A DNA stretch of 64,000 bases from Bdellovibrionales bacterium (GCA_965199825.1 OZ241329.1:2400001-2464000); one strand, 5' to 3'; shown: positions 53,181-62,946, counted from the first letter of the stretch. Notes: a model not told the origin generated them from the sequence alone. A program made the numbers and translations.

Positions 53181-55132
53181 TGATTCGACTCGACAAGGTT
53201 TCAAAAACCTATGTGATGGGTGATGTTGAGGTAAAAGCCTTAAACAATATCTCACTCGAAATTGCGTCGGGCGATTATGTTGCAATCATGGGCCCCTCGG
53301 GCTCGGGCAAATCAACATTGATGCACGTGTTGGGTTTGCTAGATCCTCCACAAAAAGGATTTTATCAAATCAATGGGCAAGAAGCCGCGCACCTCAAACC
53401 CGATGAGCTTGCAACTTTACGCCAAAAAGAAATCGGATTTATTTTTCAGCAATTTCATCTGTTGCCAAGACTCTCGGCCTTACAAAATGTTTTGCTGCCC
53501 CAGATGTATTCGGCATTTACCGATGTGAAGCTTGGCAAAAGTCTGCTTGATCGCATGGGCATTGGCTCACGCCTTGATCATCGCCCAAACGAAATGTCAG
53601 GCGGACAACAGCAGCGCGTGGCGATTGCTCGATCGCTCATTAATACTCCAAATATTATTATGGCCGATGAGCCCACCGGAAATTTAGATTCAGCCTCCGA
53701 AAAAGAAGTGATCGAAATTTTAGAAGAGCTCAATGCCAAAGGCATGACCATTATCGTGGTCACGCATGAAGAAGAAATTGGCCGCAAGGCCTCGCGCCTG
53801 ATTCGGATGCGTGATGGACAAGTGCAAAGTGATGAGCGCATTCGCCCACTAAAAATGGCTCCGAAATCGGTGGCCACAATCAAAGAAACTCGTCATGTGC
53901 GTGCCGATCAGTTTTTAAAATATTTAAAGCAAGGCATTCAAACTTTACTCGGAAATAAAATACGCACCGCACTCTCCGCTCTTGGAATTATGATTGGAGT
54001 GGCAGCGGTGGTCACCATGCTTGCTCTTGGCAAAGGCGCTCAACTCGCCATTGCCGACCAACTCAGCACGCTCGGTACAAATCTTTTGGTTTTAAAAACG
54101 GGAGCGATGCCGGTTGCGGGTGGATATAAAACCAAAGCCGATTCGGGTTTAACCACGCGGCTCACCAACGAAGATGCCCAAGCCATTGAAGAGCAAATTC
54201 CCTCGGTCAATGAGGCCGCACCCAATGTGGCCGGTCGAGCCCAAGTGGTGTATCTCAATCAAAATTGGAGCACCTCGATTATGGGTGTGACTCCCCTTTA
54301 CGCCCGCATCCACAGCATGGAGCCCGAGCTTGGTCGATTTTTTTCTTCTGATGAAAACCGGTCACGTGCACGCGTGGCAATTATTGGAGCTACCATCGTT
54401 CATCAGCTCTTTGGTGATAAAAGTCCTTTGGGCGAACTAATAAAGATCAGCAAAATTAATTTTCGAATCATCGGGGTCTTGCCCGAAAAAGGCGCGAGCA
54501 ATTTTCATGATGAAGATGACGTGATTTTTATTCCGCTCAACACAGCAATGCATCGATTGCTAGGCCGCAGTTACGTAGATGCAGTAGAGCTCGAGCTCAA
54601 TGACCCAGGACAAGCCGATGATGTCCAAGATAAGACTCTTGATATTTTGTTTAGTCGTCACCGCGTACCGATGGGCCTTCGCCAAGATGCCTTCCAAATC
54701 CGAAATATGGGAACCCTTCAAGCCGCGATGGCTGCAAGCACCAATGTGATGACTCTTTTATTGTTTGTGATTGCAGCAGTCTCACTCCTTGTGGGCGGCA
54801 TCGGAATTATGAATATCATGTTGGTCTCGGTCACCGAACGCACCCGCGAAATTGGTTTAAGAAAAGCGGTGGGAGCCCGATCAAAAGATATTTTGCTCCA
54901 ATTTTTGGCCGAGTCTTTGGTGGTGAGTCTGCTTGGTGGAATTTGCGGAATCTTACTTGCGTGGCTTGCCACTTGGTTGCTGTCCCATCTTGCAGGTTGG
55001 TCGAGCACGATTACACCGGGATCGATTTTTTTGGCTTTTTCTTTTTCGGTAGGAATGGGAATTGTGTTCGGACTTTATCCCGCACGCAAAGCCTCATTGC
55101 TTGCGCCGATCGATGCCCTAAGGTACGAGTAA
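53180..55132 (+). CDS. macB: MacB-like ABC transporter, fused ATPase and permease
   Basis: GPSGSGKST, MSGGQQQRV, VGGIGIMNIMLVSVTERTREIG. Confidence 0.93.
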   Translation: MIRLDKVSKTYVMGDVEVKALNNISLEIASGDYVAIMGPSGSGKSTLMHVLGLLDPPQKGFYQINGQEAAHLKPDELATLRQKEIGFIFQQFHLLPRLSALQNVLLPQMYSAFTDVKLGKSLLDRMGIGSRLDHRPNEMSGGQQQRVAIARSLINTPNIIMADEPTGNLDSASEKEVIEILEELNAKGMTIIVVTHEEEIGRKASRLIRMRDGQVQSDERIRPLKMAPKSVATIKETRHVRADQFLKYLKQGIQTLLGNKIRTALSALGIMIGVAAVVTMLALGKGAQLAIADQLSTLGTNLLVLKTGAMPVAGGYKTKADSGLTTRLTNEDAQAIEEQIPSVNEAAPNVAGRAQVVYLNQNWSTSIMGVTPLYARIHSMEPELGRFFSSDENRSRARVAIIGATIVHQLFGDKSPLGELIKISKINFRIIGVLPEKGASNFHDEDDVIFIPLNTAMHRLLGRSYVDAVELELNDPGQADDVQDKTLDILFSRHRVPMGLRQDAFQIRNMGTLQAAMAASTNVMTLLLFVIAAVSLLVGGIGIMNIMLVSVTERTREIGLRKAVGARSKDILLQFLAESLVVSLLGGICGILLAWLATWLLSHLAGWSSTITPGSIFLAFSFSVGMGIVFGLYPARKASLLAPIDALRYE

Positions 55133-55143
55133 TTTCGCATTTG

Positions 55144-55220
55144 CGGGGTGTAGCGCAGCTTGGTAGCGCGTCTGCTTCGGGAGTAGAAGGTCGCAGGTTC
55201 GAATCCTGTCACCCCGACCA
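55144..55220 (+). tRNA. tRNA-Pro(CGG)
   Basis: CGGGGTGTAGCGCAGCTTGGTAGCGCG TCTGC-TTCGGGA-GTAGA AGGTCGCAGGTTCGAATCCTGTCACCCCGACCA. Confidence 0.97.
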
Positions 55221-55278
55221 TAAAAAATAACGAGAACAATAAACATAAACAAAATAAGTTTTTAAACAAAAATGTAGC

Positions 55279-55435
55279 GACAGGATTCGAAGAGAGATCG
55301 CGTCGTTTTGTTGGATGCGACGTCAAGGAGCATTCGGCAAAATGCGGCAGCCAGGATGGCTGACGAGCGGTCTCCCCGGCTCTGGAGGATGGGCAGGAGA
55401 CCATCCGTGAAGACCGAATCTTGTCATCCCGACCA
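55279..55435 (+). repeat. tRNA-linked structured element with inverted and direct copies of the tRNA-Pro 3' arm
   Basis: 55279-55291 is the exact reverse complement of 55198-55210; 55415-55435 matches 55200-55220 at 19/21; several hairpins between. Confidence 0.85.
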
Positions 55436-55725
55436 CACGACGTTCTCAAAACATTTATTTTTTTAATACAACTCTAGATTATCGTACCTATCGCTGCGGC
55501 AAAGTTTTATCCAATAGAGCTCGGCAAATGTGCGTCGTTTTTGTGCCTTTGGATTGTGAAAATAGGAGCGGCATTTGCTTGTTCTTCAACCAAATTATTA
55601 AAGCTTCTCAATGGCTAAGCGTTAGACATTGAGCAGATTGTTTCAATGCACAGCAGTTGGATTATCGATTGCCTCTTAGCGAGCGATTTTCAAGCCGGCA
55701 TCTTTCTTGAAAAGCAAAATAGATC

Positions 55726-56511
55726 GTGATCACAAACTTCGCTATTTTTGTTATAATCTTTTGTTCTATTCAGCTGAGTGCAACTGAGTTGCTTTGCCAA
55801 ACCAACGAGACGAATTACAAACCTAATCTTGCGAACTGCTCGCCGCCTGAGAAGCTATCTGAGGGTCAAGCCTGCACTTGCCCGGTATCGAATGGTTCAG
55901 ATGCCTTTGGTAAGATTGTCAGTCTAGAGCCATCTTCATTGCAGTTGGTCTTTCGCACTCTACCGGGCGATCAAGATGAAGGCGCTTATAAACAATTTAT
56001 AATTATAGCTCAAAGTTTTGGGATGGATGTTAAAGTTAAAGACACCACCTATGATACATCAGTGGTTGTAGATTTGAAGCGCGGAAAATCACTTGTACCC
56101 TGGCTTCAAAGATATCGCGGGTGCCAAGCTTTTGATGCGACTTGCGAAACTTATTTAAAGCAACTCAACCCCAATATGACGACATCAAAGATCGCGCAGC
56201 TCAAAGCTCGCAACTACAATGGCACTCTTCGCATTGCGGCCCGGGCAGATAAGCATCTCATTACTCTTTCGCACGGGCCTTTTCTATTAAGATCACAAAA
56301 AAATGAAATCACCCCCCGCCATTTTGTGACAACGATTCGTATCTCGGGGCAACTCGAAGATTTGTTTAAAAAATATTCTGGGCAGTTTTCTCTCAATGTC
56401 GAAAGTATGAGAAGAGATGGCATGCTTCGGACCTCTTCTGATCAATGGGTCGATGTAGGTTCTTCGGATCTAACTAAGATTGATGTTGAGACTTCTCTGC
56501 AGGGTCGCTAG
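55726..56511 (+). CDS. Exported hypothetical protein with Cys-rich N-terminus
   Basis: Signal peptide ending LSA; 261 aa. Confidence 0.7.
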   Translation: MITNFAIFVIIFCSIQLSATELLCQTNETNYKPNLANCSPPEKLSEGQACTCPVSNGSDAFGKIVSLEPSSLQLVFRTLPGDQDEGAYKQFIIIAQSFGMDVKVKDTTYDTSVVVDLKRGKSLVPWLQRYRGCQAFDATCETYLKQLNPNMTTSKIAQLKARNYNGTLRIAARADKHLITLSHGPFLLRSQKNEITPRHFVTTIRISGQLEDLFKKYSGQFSLNVESMRRDGMLRTSSDQWVDVGSSDLTKIDVETSLQGR

Positions 56512-56632
56512 TTTCTTCAATCATTAATTGCAGTTGAGTTGAATTTTGATTGGTAGCTTTAGTCAGCGGTCATTCACTCGGAATTCTGTCTGAAATGTTT
56601 GAATTGGCTCGTCGAACTTAAAAGGAGCAGCC

Positions 56633-56992
56633 TTGAAAAATATAATTAATTTCTATACATTATTAGTTTCAACACTATGTTGTGCGCAAACTCAAAATCC
56701 CTACCAAGAACTCTTAAACGCTGTGAGCGAATGTAAAAGTCCAGACAATCCTTACATTGATGCATCAAAGCGGCTACAGGGAAACCGTATGTTGCTGACG
56801 ACCTATTCACCAAATACTTCTGGTGGAGGCGACTTTCAAATTGTTGTTACAAAAAGTTTTGGTCATAGTCTTTATGTTACGGTTGGTCGACTTACACTAC
56901 ATACAGAGCGCAAAGAGTCGCATGGTCCGCTCGACTGCAAAATCACAATCATGCCACTTCTTAACGCTCCCCCGATGCTAGATTTTGAATAA
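56633..56992 (+). CDS. Small exported hypothetical protein
   Basis: AAGGAG SD, TTG start, signal peptide. Confidence 0.65.
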   Translation: MKNIINFYTLLVSTLCCAQTQNPYQELLNAVSECKSPDNPYIDASKRLQGNRMLLTTYSPNTSGGGDFQIVVTKSFGHSLYVTVGRLTLHTERKESHGPLDCKITIMPLLNAPPMLDFE

Positions 56993-57229
56993 TCGGCTTA
57001 AGTATTTATTAGCTTCGACTCTAAACTTGGCTTTGTTCCTTTTTTTTTGCTGATCAGCTATCCAGTAACCGGAGGGTCCAGACATCCCAAGCGCCGCACT
57101 CAATTCATCCATCGTACTCATAAAAAATTGAAAATTGCTGTAAGGTGTTTCTGCCTCCAAAAATTTACGCTCGTGAAATCCATTGATTGTTTGTTCGTGC
57201 TCAATTTGTACCGAAAATATTTTATTCAC
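56978..57229 (-). CDS. Small hypothetical protein or gene remnant
   Basis: 83-aa ORF only. Confidence 0.35.
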   Translation of the reverse strand: MNKIFSVQIEHEQTINGFHERKFLEAETPYSNFQFFMSTMDELSAALGMSGPSGYWIADQQKKRNKAKFRVEANKYLSRLFKI

Positions 57230-57323
57230 TGGGAGTCGAAATAAGATAGTCGTTCAAAAAACGACATCGGATTGTCCCCCAAATTTAAGGAACCCCGATG
57301 TTGTGACGTATGCCAATTTAAAA

Positions 57324-57866
57324 TTAATTATAGTTCGGAGAGTAGACGACTGCATCTGCACCTGCACAAGGCGCAATAACAACGTTTGAAGAGTCGAATA
57401 TTAAAAACGACAAATTATCTACTTGATGACAATTGCTACTAACGGCACCGGGGCAAGTCACTTCACGTGGGAAAGAATATTTCTCGAGCTGCCCTGTATG
57501 CTTGTCATAAATTATGTAGAGTGTTGCCTCGCCAGAGTATTTGTTCCCATTGCGGTCGTGCGCCGTGAATTGAATTGCGCGATGTTTGTCACCACATTCT
57601 CCACCAACCAAACCTATTAAACATGCGCCGTGGATCACAACACTGTCGCGATCAACGACGATATCAGGTCGATTTGATTTTTGAGTAACGACTGTAGACA
57701 AACGTAAAAATGCATCTTTAAAAGCATCATTTGATAAAGGGTTTGCAAACGTAATTTTCGAAGCATTATCGGAAGCAGAAAAATTTGAGCAAATCCGGCC
57801 TTGCTCAGCAAATCCATTTAATCCAAATAAACAAAAAGACATAAAAAATATACTTCTAACTTTCAA
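57324..57866 (-). CDS. Exported hypothetical protein
   Basis: Signal peptide ending GFA; several Cys. Confidence 0.7.
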   Translation of the reverse strand: MKVRSIFFMSFCLFGLNGFAEQGRICSNFSASDNASKITFANPLSNDAFKDAFLRLSTVVTQKSNRPDIVVDRDSVVIHGACLIGLVGGECGDKHRAIQFTAHDRNGNKYSGEATLYIIYDKHTGQLEKYSFPREVTCPGAVSSNCHQVDNLSFLIFDSSNVVIAPCAGADAVVYSPNYN

Positions 57867-57933
57867 GTTTAAAGAAATGAGTAAATATAAATAAAATTAG
57901 TCGATACGTATTGTTGTGGGAGACTGTAGCCAA

Positions 57934-58164
57934 TTAAATGGCTACGGTTTCTTTCTGAATATTTGTTTCGATCTGTGGGATGGGGTTTTTGGGTTTTGGT
58001 AGAGTTAGAGCATTTTCAACTCGAATGGTTGCTCGGTAGGATGTTTCTAGATCGAGGTAGTGATCCTGAAAATAGAGGCACTCGACGCAATGAGCGTACG
58101 TTAATAATTTATCAAGAGCCTTTGTTCCGCATCGCGGACAAATTTCTAAAAAAAGTTTCGACAT
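57934..58164 (-). CDS. Small zinc-ribbon protein
   Basis: GGAGA SD; CPRC...HCVEC. Confidence 0.7.
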   Translation of the reverse strand: MSKLFLEICPRCGTKALDKLLTYAHCVECLYFQDHYLDLETSYRATIRVENALTLPKPKNPIPQIETNIQKETVAI

Positions 58165-58545
58165 GATTTCTCCATTCGTGTTTTCAGCCGGTCAATTGAC
58201 AACCGTTCACCTTTTTAAATTGCAAGGCGTGCCGAAAGATGGACGAAGAAGTGATAAGTGTTTGGAATAAATAAAGAATGAAGTGAAAAATCAATTACTG
58301 GTGAGATTGAATTTGTTTTGGAAATCTGAATGACGAAAATATGAAGAAGATTGATTATCTTTAGATTTAAGATGTTTAGAGCGTATTCAGTTATTCAACA
58401 TAAGACCTAAATTCCTGAATCGAATCGGAATCTATTTGCAGCATCTTTTCAAAAGGGCCAGCTTAAATGGGAGTGACGAATTCCTAGGTAAAATTGAGCT
58501 TAACAAGAAACCAAAACAATGAGGTATTATCAAAAAATTTTGTAT

Positions 58546-60027
58546 TTATAATTCTATGTCATCTGTTTCTTTATCCACGTGAACGACATCAACAGCAGGG
58601 ATAATCAAATCATGATCTATCAGCAATGATTGCTTGTCTTTTTGGTTTCTTTCTGACGATGAAAGTATCTGAATGCAATCAAACACTTCATCTACTCGTT
58701 GAGTGAGATTTGCAATTTTAGGAAGGATGGATTTCACGATTGGACGAAGTGATCTTAACGTATGTTGAGATTGAGGTGTCTCATTTAAGAGTTTTTCGCG
58801 TCTCGAAATCTTTCGACTTTGAAATGTGCCTTCGAACGCGGGGCGACTTTGAATTGATTCGTCGGGAGCAGTTGTTGGGCCCAGTTGCTCTTTTACAGAA
58901 CGATTCATATCAAATCCCCAGTGCGCTTTTGCTAAGAAATAGCGAGTCATAACATTTTGAAACTGAGGATGAACCTGGCTACTTCGATCAGGGTGAGAGG
59001 GAATAATAATTCCAAGCAATTGCATGTCGGATTCGAAATTCGCAAGACCTCTTATAGTAAACTGGATTGGTTTACATTCAAGTGTAAAAAATTCGCCAAG
59101 ATGGGAAAAGCGATTTTTAGGTTCAAGCATGGAATTTGCGATAGATTGAATTTCCATTCGCATCTCTTGGGCACCTTCAGGAAAAACCTCATCTAGGCCT
59201 TTCAAATAATTTTCGATCACCACGTCAGGCAAAGGATCAAAACGACTCGATAAATAATTGTCTCCATATGGGAGGTAGTTCCATGGATGACTTCGGCGGT
59301 CGATCTCTTCCCAAAGCCGTGCAGGATGAAAACCGAGGTTTGCAGCAAAATCTAGATCGTATTGGGCGGCTTTTAGCGAAATTGTGCGCCTCTCGCTTCG
59401 ATCAAGGTGATACCTATGAAAAAAAACAAAATCCTGCCACTGGTAGGCGGCGATCTCTAACCAGTTATGAATGGTAGAGGGAAGCTCATCGTCGTAATCC
59501 CAATCAAACTCGAAGCTCTCGTACCAGAGCTTAATTTCTTTTAAAAAATCTGGGCCTAATTCTTTTGAGAGAGTGCTGCAAAATTCATAGAATTCGCGTC
59601 GAAGTTCTAGCGGAATCGGCTCATATTCTGATTCGATTTTTGCAATTCTTCGAGGTTCCAAGTCAAATGCCCGCATCACGTTGAGCCAAATTTTTTCTTG
59701 AGTAACATCGTATTTTCTTGAAAAGAAACTGATCTTTTGGGCAATCGTTTGAGCGAGCTCATTCTGTCGCCGCAGCAAACTTAGAAAATTGATGGGGATT
59801 GTCCCGTTCGAAGTGCCTAGCAAAACAGAGTGTTGATTTAACAAATATGAATTTGAAAGCTGTGTCACGATTTCGATCTCGCCGAAGCCCGCATCGATAG
59901 CTATTTTTGGAAGAGAAGGGGCAATAACAGCAGCGCCACCCAAAACTAAAAAATTTCTACGAGAAGTTTCCATGGCATAAACTTTTGTTGCTAAACAAAG
60001 AGCAAAAATTAAATATCTCATATACAT
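58546..60027 (-). CDS. Hypothetical protein with Sec-like signal followed by twin-arginine motif
   Basis: MRYLIFALCLATKVYA then METSRRNFLVLGGAAVIAP; 493 aa. Confidence 0.75.
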   Translation of the reverse strand: MYMRYLIFALCLATKVYAMETSRRNFLVLGGAAVIAPSLPKIAIDAGFGEIEIVTQLSNSYLLNQHSVLLGTSNGTIPINFLSLLRRQNELAQTIAQKISFFSRKYDVTQEKIWLNVMRAFDLEPRRIAKIESEYEPIPLELRREFYEFCSTLSKELGPDFLKEIKLWYESFEFDWDYDDELPSTIHNWLEIAAYQWQDFVFFHRYHLDRSERRTISLKAAQYDLDFAANLGFHPARLWEEIDRRSHPWNYLPYGDNYLSSRFDPLPDVVIENYLKGLDEVFPEGAQEMRMEIQSIANSMLEPKNRFSHLGEFFTLECKPIQFTIRGLANFESDMQLLGIIIPSHPDRSSQVHPQFQNVMTRYFLAKAHWGFDMNRSVKEQLGPTTAPDESIQSRPAFEGTFQSRKISRREKLLNETPQSQHTLRSLRPIVKSILPKIANLTQRVDEVFDCIQILSSSERNQKDKQSLLIDHDLIIPAVDVVHVDKETDDIEL

Positions 60028-60171
60028 GGAAAACTCTCGATCAATACTAAAGTCAATTAAATGGATTTAACAAACTTAAATGGAGGCCTTACTGCATTTT
60101 AATAGGCACTTTTTTTAGGCAAAGTGTTCGTGACCCCCATTTGGACTCGACACCTTTGAAAGGTGGACCAA

Positions 60172-60564
60172 GTGGAAGAAAGAATCAATCGACGAGGGCC
60201 GAAACCGAGGTTTAGCAGGTCTGAAAAAGAGCAAATATTACGCGAGCACAATCAGTAAGGTATCCCTATCTCCCAACTCGCAAGGATAAATGGTATTCAT
60301 GCCGTAACCATTTATTCTTGGAAGCGGAGCTTGAAAATGAACGACGATGCAAACGATCAAATCATATCGCCTGATAAAGTTCGCGAGCTCCTAACTGAGA
60401 TTGAAAATTTAAAAAAAGAAAACAAGCAGCTTAAAATCAAGGTTGCTGACCTTGCAGTTGGTAACGACATCATGACTGAAGCAATTGCGATTCAAAAAAA
60501 AAGAAATCTTTTGAGGCAACTCGGATTGCTAGAGAAATCAAAGAAACGAAAAGGTACAAAGTGA
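60172..60564 (+). pseudogene. IS3 orfA (HTH and leucine zipper) with in-frame stop
   Basis: RFSRSEKEQILREHNQ*GIPISQLARINGIHAVTIYSWKR; TAA at 60256-60258. Confidence 0.85.
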
Positions 60565-61369
60565 AAGACGTCGCCAAAACATTGGGGTGGATAGATCCAC
60601 ACTTTATTTTAAAAAAGATCTGCGCCGTCGATTTTATGAAAAAGAATCGGATGCGAAAGTGCTTGATGAAATTACTGAGATGCTTAAAACCAGATCGACT
60701 TATGGCTACAAGCGAATTACGTCGATGATCAATCGAATACGTTTACAAAATGGCCTTCGTGCCTATAACAAAAAGCGGATTTTACGAGTGATGCAAAAAA
60801 ATGGAAAGATGTTTGCAAAAGCTATCTCTGAGCGGACGCACACATCGACAGGCAAGGTCATGACACTTCACTCGAACACCCGCTGGTGCTCAGACTGCTT
60901 TGAGATCAAGTGCTTCAACGGTGAAAAAGTTTACGTTATTTTTGTGCTCGACACGTGCGATCGAGAAGCAATCTGCTTTATCGCAAAGCGTGAACCAATT
61001 TTAGCCGAAGATGTTCAAAGCATAATGATTGAGTCTGTAGAAAAGCGCTTTAAGACAACCTTAGCGCCAAGAACAATCCAATTTTTATCAGATCGTGGAG
61101 CGATCTACCGTGCAAGAGCAACACGTGAGCTTGCACCGCAGCTGGGGCTGCAGTCGTGCTTTACGATGGCGTTTAGCCCTGAATCGAATGGCATGGCCGA
61201 AGCCTTCGTGAAGACCATAAAAAGAGATTACGTTTACGTAAATGACTGCGTGGATCCTGAAGCTGTACTTGCCATGCTTCCAGCTTGGTTCAAAGACTAC
61301 AACGAAGTTGCTCCACACTCAGCACTTGGCATGCAGAGCCCGATGGATTACTTAAGAAAAATAAATTAA
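60501..61369 (+). pseudogene. IS3 orfB DDE transposase with an extra frameshift near its start
   Basis: YGYKRI, RWCSDCFE..C.NGE, LDTCDRE, SDRG, PESNGMAEAFVKTIKRDY, PHSALG; VKDVAKTLG and VDRSTLY are out of frame at G4 (60584-60587). Confidence 0.88.
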
Positions 61370-61403
61370 CCGTGTCGATTCAAATGGGGTCCAATCCAGT
61401 CTG

Positions 61404-62474
61404 ATGATGAAACTGTTTATCTTTGCATTGGTGCTTTTTTCAAACACAGCTGTAGCAATCAATGACTCTGAGTGTGGTGTCTTAGCTCAATCGATACAAA
61501 GACAACAACAGCGGCTTTCTGCTTTTGAGGTTGCTCCCGAGAGACTTAGAATTTGGCTAAACCAATTCGATCTGAAAGATCGAAAAATAGCCTTAGAAAT
61601 TATTCGCGGACTTTATCTCATAAATTTTTCAGAGCTTTCAAAAAATTTGAAAGCAACCCATTCTAAACTTGTTTCCCAATTGATCGCCGACGGCTTTGTA
61701 AATACTTTGGGTGGTGCAGACCTTGAACGTATTGATTTTTCGAGAGCTTATACCGCAAAAAGCGGAGATCTTATCTCGTTTTTCTATCGCAAGGCCAATC
61801 TAATTTTAAATTCTAAATTTCACTCCTCTGACCAACTTTCGACACTAAAAACATTTTCCGAAAATTCCAATCGCGCGCTTGTTATCTTAGATGATTACGT
61901 GGGTACGGGCGCACAATTTTTGTCTGAGTTTTACGGAAGAAACTACGCTAAAATTTTTAATACTTACGCCAAAGTTTATTTAGTCGTCATAACCGCGCAT
62001 CAAAAAGCGACTGAACGATTTGACCAAATTAAACAGGGTGAAAATGCGGCTGTTGCAGAAGCTTTCATAAATGATTTTCAGTTAATAGGAAACGAAGTCG
62101 AAGCCACTCGAGCTTCTCTAAATAACGTCAAATCAGACAAGATAGAATTGATTTATAGAAATATTGAATTTCCAATGTTGGCTGATGAAAATCCGCATTT
62201 ATCCGCTACAGAAAAATTAAGGATTAAAGATTTTTTGTTGAAGTATGGGGACTTTGATCAAAATCCCTTTGCACCATTTGGCGTTGCAAATTTACAAGGC
62301 AGCACGGTCTTTTTTTATGGCCCACCAAATTCACTCCCCGACATTCTGTGGAATAGTCTTGGTAGGTATAAAAAGAATCCGCTCATTCCGCTTTTTGCAA
62401 GAGTTGAAGATATCAGCCACTACGATTTTGCAAAAGGGCTGCCTCCGGGACAACAAATTTGGGGAGGAAAATAG
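61404..62474 (+). CDS. Phosphoribosyltransferase-like (PRTase-CE-type) protein with N-terminal signal peptide
   Basis: WLNQF...ALEI, KSG, PRPP-loop-like LVILDDYVGTG.QF, PFG...FFY..PNSL..ILW. Confidence 0.75.
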   Translation: MMKLFIFALVLFSNTAVAINDSECGVLAQSIQRQQQRLSAFEVAPERLRIWLNQFDLKDRKIALEIIRGLYLINFSELSKNLKATHSKLVSQLIADGFVNTLGGADLERIDFSRAYTAKSGDLISFFYRKANLILNSKFHSSDQLSTLKTFSENSNRALVILDDYVGTGAQFLSEFYGRNYAKIFNTYAKVYLVVITAHQKATERFDQIKQGENAAVAEAFINDFQLIGNEVEATRASLNNVKSDKIELIYRNIEFPMLADENPHLSATEKLRIKDFLLKYGDFDQNPFAPFGVANLQGSTVFFYGPPNSLPDILWNSLGRYKKNPLIPLFARVEDISHYDFAKGLPPGQQIWGGK

Positions 62475-62621
62475 ATTAAAATAACTCTGAGGCCCATAAC
62501 CTTATTTTAATCATAAACAATTAATTATTTGCTAAATCATGCTCTAACGAATTCCCGCCAAAGTGTTATAAATAGATTTTGTAGCTCTCTTCCATATTCC
62601 AACTTAGAATTGAAATTATCG

Positions 62622-62946
62622 ATGTTAGCTTTGCTTGGCTCTCTGATTTTTTTTACGGATATGCATTTCTATTTACGACGAATTGTGACTACACAACCGA
62701 TTATGTGGAACCTTTTTCCGTGAAGGAAAGAAGTGCATTAACTTAGCCTACTGGAACGAGATTAAAAGAAAAGACTGGTCTCCTAGGAATATCCGAGCAG
62801 TCATCGAACACATCACCACTTACAAAGATTCTTCAAAAGAAGCACGAAAAATCTTAGCTGATTAGTCAGCGAATACTTGTATTAGACCTTTAACCAATTT
62901 AGTCGATCCGATGCCTATCTCGCCTGAACGGGGAATCCTTTTCTAG
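62622..62946 (+). pseudogene. Possible decayed gene
   Basis: MLALLGSLIF, frame change at T8 (62647-62654), then about 95 codons with two internal TAG stops. Confidence 0.25.

Larger units (their letters stand above)
60125..61398 (+). mobile_element. IS3 family (IS2 group) insertion sequence, degenerate
   Basis: Imperfect IRs TGTTCGTGACCCCCATTTGGACTCGACAC and (rc) TGGATTGGACCCCATTTGAATCGACAC; TG...CA ends; orfA/orfB layout with A9G tract. Confidence 0.92.

Noticed and set aside
54943..55449. ORFs 54943-55230 and 55075-55449
   Set aside because: They overlap macB, tRNA-Pro and the structured repeat; spurious.
58220..58234. sigma54 promoter for the zinc-ribbon gene (CGGCACGCCTTGCAA on the minus strand)
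   Set aside because: GG-to-GC spacing is 2 nt too short for sigma54.
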